From Macrostomum hystrix (Eukaryota > Animalia > Platyhelminthes): a stretch of DNA of 64,000 bases. The stretch is taken from the NCBI GenBank assembly GCA_950097015.1, contig CATNEN010000033.1, positions 372,001-436,000 on the forward strand, given 5' to 3'. The position numbers were made by a program, and so were the translations under genes. Below, one piece after another: positions 1 through 12,559 of this stretch (the first letter of the stretch is position 1; every line of letters starts with the position of its first letter). The notes below the pieces were generated by a model. That model worked only from the letters and a program-made list of their open reading frames with translations, did not search any database and was not told the DNA's origin.

Positions 1-402
1 GATAGTTGTCCCTATTTGAGTATCGATAGTGATCCCTATTTGAGGATCGATAGTGATCCCTATTTGTGGATCGATAGTGATCCCTATTTGAGGATCGATA
101 GTGATCCCTATTTGAGGATCGATAGTGATCCCTATTTGTGGATCGATAGTGATCCCTATTTGAGTATCGATAGTGATCCCTATTTGAGTATCGATAGTGA
201 TCCCTATTTGAGGATCGATAGTGATCCCTATTTGAGGATCCATAGTGATCCCTATTTGTGGATCGATAGTGATCCCTATTTGAGGATCGATAGTGATCCC
301 TATTTGAGGATCGATAGTGATCCCTATTTGAGGATCGATAGTGATCCCTATTTGAGGATCGATAGTGATCCCTATTTGAGGATCCGTAGTGATCCCTATT
401 TA
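1..402. repeat. 24-bp minisatellite (gatagtgatccctatttgaggatc)n, truncated by window start
   Basis: About 16 near-identical units read directly; the 16..630 ORF is its 8-aa periodic translation (IDSDPYLR). Confidence 0.97.
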
Positions 403-904
403 AGGAGCCCCTGTTTGCTTTTGATAATGATCCTTAATGAATTTGTATCATCCCCAGAGCATCATGTTATACTTAAGCAGTCTTGTTCTTGGGACATAGT
501 TTTTCGTAGACAGTTCTTAAATATGAGACCGCTGATGAATTGTACCGCTGTGCGGCTGTTGCTCACGAAAGATTTCCTTAAAAGGCTGCTGGCCCAGTGT
601 GGGGTAAAACTGATAATAATTTCTAAATGAGCCCCTCCCTAAGTGAAGTTAGAAAATGACTCTCGTGAGACAGAGGAGCATTGCTGGTCTCTAGCCAGTG
701 ATTTTTTGTTTAATTTATTACTGCCTTTATTATAAGCTGTCTCGGGTACAGTCCGTATGGGATTCTATTTCGAGTCGCGAATATCAGTTTGATATGTGCT
801 CAGCCCTATAATTCATGATAAAGTACAAGTCTGCTCAACGTTCGTGTTTTAGCATTTTATTACTATCTGCAAATTTATCACTTTGGACTTGCGGACTATC
901 CTTA

Positions 905-1760
905 ATGAACCCTTTATCCCTTCTCTGCTTCTGTCTTCTCCCCTTCTCTTCTCCCCTTGTCTCTTCTCCGCTTCTCTTCTCCCTTTCTCTCTTCTCTCCC
1001 TTCCCTCTTCTCCCTTTCTCTCTTCTCTCCCTTCCCTCTTCTCCCTTTCTCTCTTCTCTCCCTTCTCTCTTCTATCCCTTCTCTCTTCTCCCTTTCTCTC
1101 TTCTCTCCCTTCTCTCTTCTATCCCTTCTCTCTTCTCCCTTTCTCTCTTCTCTCCCTTCTCTCTTCTATCCCTTCTCTCTTCTCCCTTTCTCTCTTCTAT
1201 CCCTTCTCTCTTCTATCCCTTCTCTCTTCTCCCTTTCTCTCTTCTCTCCCTTCTCTCTTCTATCCCTTCTCTCTTCTCCCTTTCTCTCTTCTATCCCTTC
1301 TCTCTTCTATCCCTTCTCTCTTCTATCCCTTCTCTCTTCTCCCTTTCTCTCTTCTCTCCCTTTCTCTCTTCTATCCCTTCTCTCTTCTCCCTTTCTCTCT
1401 TCTCTCCCTTCTCTCTTCTATCCCTTCTCTCTTCTCCCTTTCTCTCTTCTATCCCTTCTCTCTTCTCCCTTTCTCTCTTCTCCCTTTCTCTCTTCTATCC
1501 CTTCTCTCTTCTCCCTTTCTCTCTTCTATCCCTTCTCTCTTCTCCCTTTCTCTCTTCTCCCTTTCTCTCTTCTATCCCTTCTCTCTTCTCCCTTTCTCTC
1601 TTCTCCCTTTCTCTCTTCTCTCTTTCTCTCTTCTCTCCTTTATCTCCTCCTTCTCTCTTCTCCCCTTCTCTTTTCTCACCTTTCTGTCTTCTCCCCTTTC
1701 TGTCTTCTCCCCCTTCTCTCTTCTCCCCCTTTCTGTCTTCTCCCCCTTCTCTCTTGCCCC
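905..1760. repeat. Polypyrimidine simple repeat, 15-16-bp units (ttctctcttctccct / ttctctcttctatccc)
   Basis: Almost pure C/T on + strand; produces three overlapping S/L/F/P low-complexity ORFs. Confidence 0.95.
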
Positions 1761-2144
1761 CTCCCTGTCCTGGGTGTCTCATCCAACGCATGGTGTCCAA
1801 CGCGGACCTGTTGGGCGCCTCTCAGTCTGCGTATAGGGGCTCCCCTGTGGCTAGTAAAGTTAGTTGTTTGCGGCACACAAGTAATCAGTGCTGTTTCTTG
1901 CGGACCCTTCATATCAGTCTATCCTAGAAACTGGCCCACACTCTCCATTTAACTCAATTATTCTGCTGTCCCTTTTCTGTGTCTTCTCCTTTTTCTATCT
2001 TTAAAAGTCTGCCTGCTGTCTAGTGCTCATCGTAGAGGAGCCATGTTCTTTTTGCTTTTCTGGAGTGATTTATCGCCAGGACATGATGCTTTTGGGTGGG
2101 ATTTGGCGCAAACACGGGATCACAATCATTGAGATTATTTAATC

Positions 2145-3625
2145 TCACTCCCTTCCCTAATTGTATCCACCCCTTCCTTCACCAGCCTCTCCCTTCATCT
2201 CACTGTCCTCCCTTCACCAGCCTCTCCCTTCATCTCACACTCTTCCCTAATTTTATCCACCCCTTCCTTCACCAGCCTCTCCCTTCATCTCACACTCTTC
2301 CCTAATTTTATCCACCACTCCCTTCATCTCACTCCCCTCCCTTCACCAGCCTCTCCCTTCATCTCACTGTCCTCCCTTCACCAGCCTCTCCCTTCATCTC
2401 ACTGTCCTCCCTTCACCAGCCTCTCCCTTCATCTCACTGTCCTTCCTTCACCAGCCTCTCCCTTCATCTCACTGTCCTCCCTTCACCAGCCTCTCCCTTC
2501 ATCTCACTCCCCTCCCTTCACCAGCCTCTCCCTTCATCTCACTATCTTCCCTAATTTTATCCACCACTCCCTTCATCTCACTCCCCTCCCTTCAACAGCC
2601 TCTCCCTTCATCTCACTGTCCTCCCTTCGCCAGCCTCTCCCTATATCTCACTCCCCATCCTTCACCAGCCTCTCCCTTCATCTCACTCCCCTCCCTTCAC
2701 CAGCCTCTCCCTTCATCTCACACTCTTCCCTAATTTTATCCACCACTCCCTTCATCTCACTCCCCTCCCTTCACCAGCCTCTCCCTTCATCTCACTATCT
2801 TCCCTAATTTTATCCACCACTCCCTTCATCTCACTCCCCTCCCTTCACCAGCCTCTCCCTTCATCTCACTGTCCTCCCTTCGCCAGCCTCTCCCTATATC
2901 TCACTCCCCATCCTTCACCAGCCTCTCCCTTCATCTCACTCCCCTCCCTTCACCAGCCTCTCCCTTCATCTCACACTCTTCCCTAATTTTATCCACCACT
3001 CCCTTCATCTCACTCCCCTCCCTTCACCAGCCTCTCCCTTCATCTCACTATCTTCCCTAATTTTATCCACCACTCCCTTCATCTCACTGTCCTCCCTTCA
3101 CCAGCCTCTCCCTTCATCTCACTCCCCTCCCTTCACCAGCCTCTCCCTTCATCTCACTATCTTCCCTAATTTTATCCACCACTCCCTTCATCTCACTCCC
3201 CTCCCTTCAACAGCCTCTCCCTTCATCTCACTGTCCTCCCTTCGCCAGCCTCTCCCTATATCTCACTCCCCATCCTTCACCAGCCTCTCCCTTCATCTCA
3301 CTCCCCTCCCTTCACCAGCCTCTCCCTTCATCTCACACTCTTCCCTAATTTTATCCACCACTCCCTTCATCTCACTCCCCTCCCTTCACCAGCCTCTCCC
3401 TTCATCTCACTATCTTCCCTAATTTTATCCACCACTCCCTTCATCTCACTCCCCTCCCTTCACCAGCCTCTCCCTTCATCTCACTGTCCTCCCTTCGCCA
3501 GCCTCTCCCTATATCTCACTCCCCATCCTTCACCAGCCTCTCCCTTCATCTCACTCCCCTCCCTTCGCCAGCCTCTCCCTTCATCTCACTCTCTTCCCTA
3601 ATTTTATCCACCTCTCCCTTCATGT
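2145..3625. repeat. Compound pyrimidine-rich minisatellite (~35-bp cttcaccagcctctcccttcatctcactcccctcc plus ccctaattttatccacc subunits) with a 615-bp higher-order duplication
   Basis: Variant markers recur at +615 bp: cgccagcc at 2628/3243 and 2881/3496; ttcaacag at 2591/3206. Confidence 0.93.
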
Positions 3626-4067
3626 TACTCGCCTTCCTTCGCGAATCAGCAGTATCATTGATTTCCTTCTGCATGCGCCTATTGAATCCCAGCTCTGGCA
3701 ATGAGCCGCTGGGGGCATCCAGTTATTAGCAAAAGCAGCTGTCTACATCCTGGAACTGGGTTTTATTAAATTTGCCAGCCTGAATCACCGTGTCTGGAAA
3801 ATTGGCTTTGGGTGTGTGTTCGAAATTTTTTTTTCGACTTCTAATTTTCCTAGGAGCTACAATGCACTTTTACCGATAATGACATCAGGCGCAGGTGTAA
3901 GACTCGAATAAGAGAGCGACAATTGAGATATTCCATGCAGAAATCAGCTGAATGATTGCCATTGAGGACTTAAGCAGAACCGAACTCTGAGGTTGAAGCA
4001 GGGCGAGGTGAAAGGCGATGAACATGAGGAGAAATTCGATGAGTGGATGGAAAGCGGATGTGACGTT

Positions 4068-4400
4068 GTGGAGTAGAGAGATCAGTGGGGTAGAGAGATC
4101 AGTGGGGTAGAGAGATCAGTGGGGTAGAGAGATCAGTGGAGTAGAGAGATCAGTGGGGTAGAGAGATCAGTGGAGTAGAGAGATCAGTGGGGTAGAGAGA
4201 TCAGTGGGGTAGAGAGATCAGTGGGGTAGAGAGATCAGTGGGGTAGAGAGATCAGTGGGGTAGAGAGATCAGTGGGGTAGAGAGATCAGTGGGGTAGAGA
4301 GATCAGTGGGGTAGAGAGATCAGTGGGGTAGAGAGATCAGTGGGGTAGAGAGATCTGTGGGGTAGAGAGATCAGTGTGGTAGAGAGATCAGTGGAGTAGA
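4068..4400. repeat. 17-bp minisatellite (agtggggtagagagatc)n
   Basis: About 19 direct units. Confidence 0.96.
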
Positions 4401-4604
4401 GATGAGAGAGATATAGTGGAGGAGAGAGATATAGGGAGAGGCTGGTGAAGGATGGGGAGTGAGGTATCTCTACTCCACTGATCTCTGGTGAGTTGAGAGA
4501 TCAGTGGGGTAGAGAGATCAGAGAGGGGTAGATTGATCAGAAAGGGTTTTAAAGATATGAGGGGGTTAGAAAGATCATATTGGGGGTAGAAAAATCAAAG
4601 AGGG

Positions 4605-5045
4605 TAATGGAACCGGAGAGGGGTAGTGGAACTAGAAAGGGGTAATGGAACCAGAGAGGGGTAGAGGAACCAGAGAGGGGTAGTGGAACCAGAGAGGGGT
4701 AGAGGAACCTGAGAGGGGTAGTGGAACCAGAGAGGGGTAGTGGAACCAGAGAGGGGTAGTGGAACCAGAGAGGGGTAGTGGAACCAGAGAGGGGTAGTGG
4801 AACCAGAGAGGGGTAGAGGAACCAGAGAGGGGTAGTGGAACCAGAGAGGGGTAGTGGAACCAGAGAGGGGTAGAGGAACCAGAGAGGGGTAGAGGAACCT
4901 GAGAGGGGTAGTGGAACCAGAGAGGGGTAGTGGAACCAGAGAGGGGTAGAGGAACCAGAGAGGGGTAGTGGAACCAGAGAGGGGTAGAGGAACCAGAGAG
5001 GGGTAGTGGAACCAGAGAGGGGTAGAGGAACCTGAGAGGGGTAGA
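4605..5045. repeat. 19-bp G-rich minisatellite (ggaaccagagaggggtagt)n
   Basis: About 22 direct units, each with a GGGG run. Confidence 0.95.
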
Positions 5046-5591
5046 AAAATCTGGGCCCTGACAGATCAGAGAACTCGCACATGATTGTACGGGCGCTAAT
5101 CTTTGGCCTGGGCTCACAGAAATGCCGGCAGAAGCATTCCCCCTTGGATTAAGGTGACCAGTTCTATGCTTAAGCCATCGACTTATAGCCCAGGCCGCGG
5201 CTTGTAACTGTAAGAACCTAACAGATTATCGGCTTAGTTTTTTGACACAAACAGAGAGGGAGAGAGCAAAGTCAGGCTGTGGAGCATTAGTGGGATTGTG
5301 TCACTTTCAGTCTAGTGGAGTGCTCTAGAATAATCTTCTCTTTTGCTCATTTTTCTTGTCGTCCGTCTAAATGTTGGTTCTTTAATAAAAAATGAATAAA
5401 TGAAGCGCAAAGCAAATATCTACCAGTTTTTTATGGAACTCCTGTGGCTGCTAAAACACACGTATATATATGTGTATATATATGTGAGTTATCGTAAGAT
5501 TTTAAACAAAAATATGATTATTTTACATAAATAGCATCACGAGCAGTACAAAAGTACACTGAGAATGAATCTAAAATTTGTAAATCTGTGG

Positions 5592-7364
5592 TCAGGCCGC
5601 TGATGAACCACGTCGGCACCACCGCCTCACAGAATTGAACATGCCGCACAGCTGCTGCTTGAAGAAGGTGTTCATGCAGCCGTAGATTACTGGATTAACG
5701 CCGTGGTTAATGAAATAGAAATAGTACACAGTCTGCTTGAACAGGTCGCTGAGACTCATCCGGCTTGACTTGGCGCCCGCGCTGCCTGCGCCAGCTCCGC
5801 CGATGCCCCTGTTGGCAAGGCCGGTCCGATCGTACAGGCGGTGCAGCTGGAGCAGCTGCAGCTGGAACAGCTGGCTGTAGTTGTCAGCAGCCGCAGACGT
5901 CGTCCAATTTGCGAAGCCGGCTGCCGCGGCCGACCAGCCGCTTGAATTATCTCGGCGCTGCGTCGATGGCGGCGCGCCAAAGCCCAGGCTGCCGACCCCG
6001 CCAGCGCCGCTGCCTCCGCCTCCGCCATCGTCTTGCAGGTGAAACACTAGAAAGAATGGCAGATAGGACAGCAGGTAGAAAAATGTGATGATGCTGAGCA
6101 CTTTGGCTGTCTTGATGTGCGGCCGTTTTCTGCTGCGCTCGGATAAGTGCCTCTGAGCCCTGGCCAGCCGGTTGCTGACCACCGAGTCCTCCCGGCGTTG
6201 GCCGGCCGCGCCAGCTAGCATTCGGCGCTGCTCGGGCGCCTCCTTCGCCGCCCCCGTTGCCACCACTGCCTCGTCATCTTCATCTTCCGCATCTACTGCT
6301 TCAACTGCGTCCTCTCTTCTACTCTCTTGGTTGAATATGATTTTGGCTTCTACTTGGCCTTCTTGAACAGCGGCTGCCGCGGCGGGGTCTTGATCGGGGC
6401 CGCCCAGCACCTGGTCAATGTCCGTCTCCAGCAGCACGCGGCTGCTCTCGGGCTGCGCGAATCGGACACTTCCGATTTCATCGCTGCGGGGGTGTCCGTT
6501 GCGGTCTTTGTCATCGGTTTTGTTGTCGACACCTTCGCGGTGGCCGCCTCCTTTGTCTTTGCCGCTGGACACTCGGCTAACATAGGTGCGTGATTTGTCC
6601 CAGCGTCGCTGGCGTCTGCGCACAAAGTAGAAAATATTGGCGTAGAAGAACACAATGGCCAGCAGCATGCACAGGAATAGCAGGGTTAGGCAGGCCTTGT
6701 ACACCTTGACAGTGAAGGCTGGTAAGATGCTGTAGTCGGAGATGCAGTTCGCCATGATCACGGGATGATTCTGCACAATGCCATTCTTGCGCACGATGAT
6801 ATTTCGCCTAGTGCCAGTTGTGAGGCCAAGCGGCGTGCCCACAGCGAAGCCCAGCAGCAGCGTCAGGCCGATGAGTCGAACTGCCCGCCGACGGCCAGTC
6901 TGGATGCCCGGCACGAAGCAGATGATGGCGAATCTGTCCACAGCGATCAGGCAGAGCAGGAAAGCCGACGAAGTCACCAAGGAGCAGCGGAGAATGTGAA
7001 ACGCTTTGCACATCAGGTCCGTGGTGGCGCCTCGCCAGACGTCCTGATAGACGGTTGACGGTATGACAACGGCGCACACGGCCATGTCGAGTGTGGCCAA
7101 CGCGATGACATAGACATTCTGCGGCAAATCGCGCAGACCCCGGTAGAAGAATATCACAACCAGAATGTTGCCTAGCAGGCCCACCAGGGCCAGCGCGCCC
7201 AGGCTCAGCGTGATGGCAATTTGAACCGGCTGTGGCAGCTCGCTGCCTCGCTTAAATGCCGCCTGCAGCATCTCGCTCATCAGGTGGAAGTCCGGGCCGC
7301 CGCTACCGCCGCCGTTGCCGACGTCCCAAGCGCTGCTTTCGTTGCTTCTCAATGCTAGAGTCAT
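5592..7364 (-). CDS. Intronless class A (rhodopsin-family) orphan GPCR, 590 aa, peptide-receptor-like
   Basis: Seven hydrophobic segments; TM1 GLLGN, TM2 LATLD..C..V.P, TM3 C..F...S...L..IAVDRF (DRY variant), ECL2 Cys (ANCI), TM5 FFYANIF, TM6 FFYLLSYLPF, TM7 INHGVNPVIY. ATG 7364-7362, TGA 5594-5592. Confidence 0.93.
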   Translation of the reverse strand: MTLALRSNESSAWDVGNGGGSGGPDFHLMSEMLQAAFKRGSELPQPVQIAITLSLGALALVGLLGNILVVIFFYRGLRDLPQNVYVIALATLDMAVCAVVIPSTVYQDVWRGATTDLMCKAFHILRCSLVTSSAFLLCLIAVDRFAIICFVPGIQTGRRRAVRLIGLTLLLGFAVGTPLGLTTGTRRNIIVRKNGIVQNHPVIMANCISDYSILPAFTVKVYKACLTLLFLCMLLAIVFFYANIFYFVRRRQRRWDKSRTYVSRVSSGKDKGGGHREGVDNKTDDKDRNGHPRSDEIGSVRFAQPESSRVLLETDIDQVLGGPDQDPAAAAAVQEGQVEAKIIFNQESRREDAVEAVDAEDEDDEAVVATGAAKEAPEQRRMLAGAAGQRREDSVVSNRLARAQRHLSERSRKRPHIKTAKVLSIITFFYLLSYLPFFLVFHLQDDGGGGGSGAGGVGSLGFGAPPSTQRRDNSSGWSAAAAGFANWTTSAAADNYSQLFQLQLLQLHRLYDRTGLANRGIGGAGAGSAGAKSSRMSLSDLFKQTVYYFYFINHGVNPVIYGCMNTFFKQQLCGMFNSVRRWCRRGSSAA

Positions 7365-7411
7365 TGTGCGCTTGCTGGCTGATGTCCTGCTGGATGATGA
7401 GGACGTAGGTG

Positions 7412-8508
7412 TGTGAATGAATGGAGTAGGTGGTGAATAGGTGTGTGAATGGATAGAGTAGGTAATGAATAGGTGTGTGAATGGATAGAGTAGTTAATGA
7501 ATAGGTGTGTGAATGGATAGAGTAGGTAATGAATAGGTGTGTGAATGGATAGAGTAGGTAATGAATAGGTGTGTGAATGGATAGAGTAGTTAATGAATAG
7601 GTGTGTGAATGGATAGAGTAGGTAATGAATAGGTGTGTGAATGGATAGAGTAGGTAATGAATAGGTGTGTGAATGGATAGAGTAGTTAATGAATAGGTGT
7701 GTGAATGGATAGAGTAGGTAATGAATAGGTGTGTGAATGGATAGAGTAGGTAATGAATAGGTGTGTGAATGGATAGAGTAGTTAATGAATAGGTGTGTGA
7801 ATGGATAGAGTAGGTAATGAATAGGTGTGTGAATGGATAGAGTAGGTAATGAATAGGTGTGTGAATGGATAGAGTAGGTAATGAATAGGTGTGTGAATGG
7901 ATAGAGTAGGTAATGAATAGGTGTGTGAATGGATAGAGTAGGTAATGAATAGGTGTGTGAATGGATAGAGTAGGTAATGAATAGGTGTGTGAATGGATAG
8001 AGTAGGTAATGAATAGGTGTGTGAATGGATAGAGTAGGAAATTAATAGGTGTGTGAATGGATAGAGTAGGTAATGAATAGGTGTGTGAATGGATAGAGTA
8101 GGTAATGAATAGGTGTGTGAATGGATAGAGTAGGAAATTAATAGGTGTGTGAATGGATAGAGTAGGTAATGAATAGGTGTGTGAATGGATAGAGTAGGTA
8201 ATGAATAGGTGTGTGAATGGATAGAGTAGGAAATTAATAGGTGTGTGAATGGATAGAGTAGGTAATGAATAGGTGTGTGAATGGATAGAGTAGTTAATGA
8301 ATAGGTGTGTGAATGGATAGAGTAGGTAATGAATAGGTGTGTGAATGGATAGAGTAGTTAATGAATAGGTGTGTGAATGGATAGAGTAGGTAATGAATAG
8401 GTGTGTGAATGGATAGAGTAGTTAATGAATAGGTGTGTGAATGGATAGAGTAGGTAATGAATAGGTGTGTGAATGGATAGAGTAGGTAATGAATAGGTGT
8501 GTGAATGA
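7412..8508. repeat. 32-bp minisatellite (aataggtgtgtgaatggatagagtaggtaatg)n, possibly in a 5'UTR intron of the GPCR
   Basis: About 34 units. Minus-strand cag acceptor near 7386-7388 and gtgagg donor near 8550 flank it; the intron is inferred. Confidence 0.93.
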
Positions 8509-9099
8509 AAGGGAATCTGTTGGCAGTTAGCTTCTCGCCGCAAGTGACTTCCTCACTGCCGTGGGAAAGCACTGTCTGGTGTGACATATGAATTGCAAAA
8601 TTTCACTACTAAAAGCATAGCTGGTCTCAAATTCCGTGTGAGCTGTTTAGACAGTAAAAGTCTAAATTCTTTCAGTATAGAAAGCAGTTGAGAAACGCGT
8701 TTTCCTGTCTGCATGTGTACACGGGCATCGCTGCCCTAGCAATAGCACTTTTTACAGCTTACCTGGTCTTTGACAGAACTGTTGGATGGATATGGCTTGT
8801 GCCCTCAACTTTGCTGCTATCCCTTGCTGCAAGCGTTCAATATTTATTCCATTCTCCCGAAAAAAATCCTACCTCGGAGCAACTCACCCAACCCCCCTCA
8901 GTCTGGCCAATCACAGAGCCGATTCCCTTCTCCACTGCCTTTCGTGATCCCTATCTACCCGTTGTTCTATTCGTCTTTAATTTCACAAGGCTTTTCTTGT
9001 GTCCTCTCCTTCCTTAATGTTTTTTGCTGTACGAGATCCACGTAGGATTGCTGGTGTACCAAAGTGTTGTCACAATTGTAGAATAAAAGAAATAGTAGT

Positions 9100-9562
9100 A
9101 GACTCGTAGCAGCTAGAATCGAAGCAGGTGGAATCGAAGCAGGTGGAATCGAAGCAGGTGGAATCGAAGCATGTGGAATGCTAGATGCTACGAATCTAGC
9201 AGATTCGTAGCAGCTAGAATCGAAGCAGGTGGAATCGAAGCAGCTGGAATCGAAGCAGCTGGAATCGAAGCAGCTGGAATCGAAGCATGTGGAATCGAAG
9301 CAGCTGGAATCGACACAGCTGAAACCGTAGTAGCTAGAATCGTAGCAGCTAGAATCGAAGCAGGTGGAATCGAAGCAGCTGGAATCGACACAGCTGAAAC
9401 CGTAGCAGCTAGAATCGAAGCAGCTAGAATCGAAGCAGGTGGAATCGAAGCAGGTGGAATCGAAGCAGGTGGAATCGAAGCAGGTGGAATCGAAGCAGGT
9501 GGAATCGAAGCAGTTGGAATCGAAGCAGCTGAAATCGAAGCAGCCAGAGTCGTAGCAGCTAG
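9100..9562. repeat. 15-bp minisatellite (gaatcgaagcagStg)n with gtagcagcta variants
   Basis: Direct units; source of the IEAAG / CFDSS periodic ORFs. Confidence 0.93.
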
Positions 9563-9858
9563 GGGGGTCGGTGGCAGAGCGGTTATCGCGTTTGCCTCTC
9601 GCTCCACGGTCCCTAAGTTCGATTCCACGGCGAGGCCACATTTATTTGGGGCGCAGCCCCGGAGAGAAGGATTGGGGCTTGTCGTGCAATCAGGGCAGAT
9701 GTACACACCTGTGTGCGTGTGTGTACAGTATCTGTGTACGTGTGTGCTCAGGAGTCAGCGAAATGGGCAGAATTGCCTCCTCGCTGGCTGCGTGTCTAGT
9801 GTCACTAAACGATGTGCCATTGCCCGCAGCCCTCCTGCAATAAGAATAATTATTATTA
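9563..9858 (+). mobile_element. tRNA-derived SINE, family B, copy 1 (internal deletion relative to copy 2)
   Basis: A-box tggcagagcgg, B-box gttcgattcc, (att)n tail; body near-identical to the reverse complement of 57792-58128; flanked by tcgtagcagctag (9550-9562) / tcgtagtagctag (9859-9871). Confidence 0.85.
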
Positions 9859-10242
9859 TCGTAGTAGCTAGAATCGTAGCAGTGATTTTTTGGTGTAAGA
9901 TCTAAGTTTATTATTTTTTCGTTCGTAAGTTTTCTAGCATTTTAATGTGGATTTTTTCATCCATTCTGTTAGGGACAGATTCTAAACAGGCGTTTAACAA
10001 AGCTCCACAAGGTTAGCTGTCGGCAAACATCCAACAAACTAAAACAGAGAAGCAGCTCATCTTTCTCATACTGAGTCCCAGGTTGATCGTTGGTGGCGCT
10101 GTTGTTGCTAATTGCCTACCATTTTAACTGTACCCGCTGCAGCATAAAATTCTCCTGCAGACCCGTAGATTATCTGCTTTTTTACAATGCCACTCTGCCC
10201 CGCTGCTGAAAAATTATTTGTCTCCTGCCACAGTTTCCACAT

Positions 10243-11890
10243 CACTGTCAGTCTTGTCTCTCATCAGTGTCAGTCTTGTCTCTCATCACTGTCAGTCTTG
10301 TCTCTCATCACTGTCAGTCTTGTCTCTCATCACTGTCAGTCTTGTCTCTCATCACTGTCAGTCTTGTCTCTCATCACTGTCAGTCTTGTCTCTCATCACT
10401 GTCAGTCTTGTCTCTCATCACTGTCAGTCTTGTCTCTCATCAGTGTCTTGTCAATCATCAGTGTCAGTCTTGTCTCTCATCAGTGTCAGTCTTGTCTCTC
10501 ATCAGTGCCAGTCTTGTCTCTCATCAGTGTCTTGTCAATCATCAGTGTCAGTCTTGTCTCTCATCAGTGCCTGTCTTGTCTCTCATCAGTGCCAGTCTTG
10601 TCTCTCATCAGTGCCTGTCTTGTCTCTCATCAGTGCCAGTCTTGTCTCTCATCAGTGCCTGTCTTGTCTCTCATCAGTGCCAGTCTTGTCTCTCATCAGT
10701 GCCAGTCTTCTCTCTCATCAGTGTCAGTCTTGTCTCTCATCAGTGCCAGTCTTCTCTCTCATCAGTGCCAGTCTTCTCTCTCATCAGTGCCAGTCTTGTC
10801 TCTTATCAGTGCCAGTCTTGTCTCTCATCAGTGCCTGTCTTGTCTCTCATCAGTGCCAGTCTTCTCTCTCATCAGTGCCAGTCTTGTCTCTTATCAGTGC
10901 CAGTCTTGTCTCTCATCAGTGCCTGTCTTGTCTCTCATCAGTGCCAGTCTTGTCTCTCATCAGTGCCAGTCTTGTCTCTTATCAGTGCCAGTCTTGTCTC
11001 TCATCAGTGCCAGTCTTGTCTCTCATCAGTGCCTGTCTTGTCTCTCATCAGTGCCTGTCTTGTCTCTCATCAGTGCCTGTCTTGTCTCTCATCAGTGCCA
11101 GTCTTGTCTCTTATCAGTGCCAGTCTTGTCTCTCATCAGTGCCAGTCTTGTCTCTCATCAGTGCCAGTCTTGTCTCTCATCAGTGCCTGTCTTGTCTCTC
11201 ATCAGTGCCAGTCTTGTCTCTCATCAGTGCCAGTCTTCTCTCTCATCAGTGTCAGTCTTGTCTCTCATCAGTGCCAGTCTTCTCTCTCATCAGTGCCAGT
11301 CTTCTCTCTCATCAGTGCCAGTCTTGTCTCTTATCAGTGCCAGTCTTGTCTCTCATCAGTGCCTGTCTTGTCTCTCATCAGTGCCAGTCTTCTCTCTCAT
11401 CAGTGCCAGTCTTGTCTCTTATCAGTGCCAGTCTTGTCTCTCATCAGTGCCTGTCTTGTCTCTCATCAGTGCCTGTCTTGTCTCTCATCAGTGCCAGTCT
11501 TGTCTCTTATCAGTGCCAGTCTTGTCTCTCATCAGTGCCAGTCTTGTCTCTCATCAGTGCCTGTCTTGTCTCTCATCAGTGCCTGTCTTGTCTCTCATCA
11601 GTGCCTGTCTTGTCTCTCATCAGTGCCAGTCTTGTCTCTTATCAGTGCCAGTCTTGTCTCTCATCAGTGCCAGTCTTGTCTCTCATCAGTGCCTGTCTTG
11701 TCTCTCATCAGTGCCAGTCTTGTCTCTCATCAGTGCCTGTCTTGTCTCTCATCAGTGCCAGTCTTGTCTCTCATCAGTGCCAGTCTTCTCTCTCATCAGT
11801 GTCAGTCTTGTCTCTCATCAGTGCCAGTCTTCTCTCTCATCAGTGCCAGTCTTCTCTCTCATCAGTGCCAGTCTTGTCTCTTATCAGTGG
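10243..11890. repeat. 22-bp minisatellite (tcagtgccagtcttgtctctca)n
   Basis: About 75 units; all three + frames open because the unit lacks stops. Confidence 0.97.
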
Positions 11891-12559
11891 CACTCACTGG
11901 GAGTCTTATTTTTCCTGCTATCATTGTCACTGATTCAAAATCCAACAATCGGAAGCAGGAATGTGTCCTGAGAGTGTTGCGCTGACAAGTACTCTAGTTT
12001 AGACTGACCAGCTCAATATTTCTCATGTGCTGCTCAGATTGAGCATACATCGAAGGTAGTGCTGCACTCCTGTTTGCAACGTGCTGAATCACAAATGAGA
12101 AAGTTTTAGCCCGCTACTATTGCTACTTGCTTGTCCTTCCGCTCTGCGGTATTGAGTTGGGTTCAGCCCGCTGAGCAGTTTGCTCAGCCTGTCATCAGAC
12201 ATCCGGTCAGGCTATAATTAACCTGCACAAATTTCTGTGAAGTGCGCAGACTTCTCTCTCATAGCGGAGGTCGCGAAACGAAAGTAGATTCCTACTTTTT
12301 GACCAATCGGTTGAAGACAGAGTTGTCAGTGAAATTCGGATAGTGAGACAGATAGTCAGTGATCGGGACAGACGAGAGAAGAGAGAATTTGAGAGATTGA
12401 GAGAGTGAAGGTAGAGACAATAGGGTAAAGAGAGGGGAGGAAAGTAGAGAGACTCGGAGGGAAGTTAGGAGACTAGGAAAGAAGAAGAGAGGTGGAAAGG
12501 AAGTAGAGAGAGAAGAGAGATGAAGTATAGATACAGGTGCGAGAAGTAGGGAAATAAGA

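Noticed and set aside
400-5300. Unique spacers between satellites as fragments of one interrupted element
   Set aside because: Hand translation of several spacers gave no recognisable motif; needs BLASTx of the concatenated spacers.
5756-7077. Alternative-frame and antisense ORFs over the GPCR, LYST, WSC, GT31 and TRPML exons
   Set aside because: Expected shadows of GC-rich coding sequence with no independent motifs.
8688-9017. 109-aa ORF with two hydrophobic segments
   Set aside because: TTG start, no recognisable family, no supporting splice structure; a BLASTp or RNA-seq hit would revive it.
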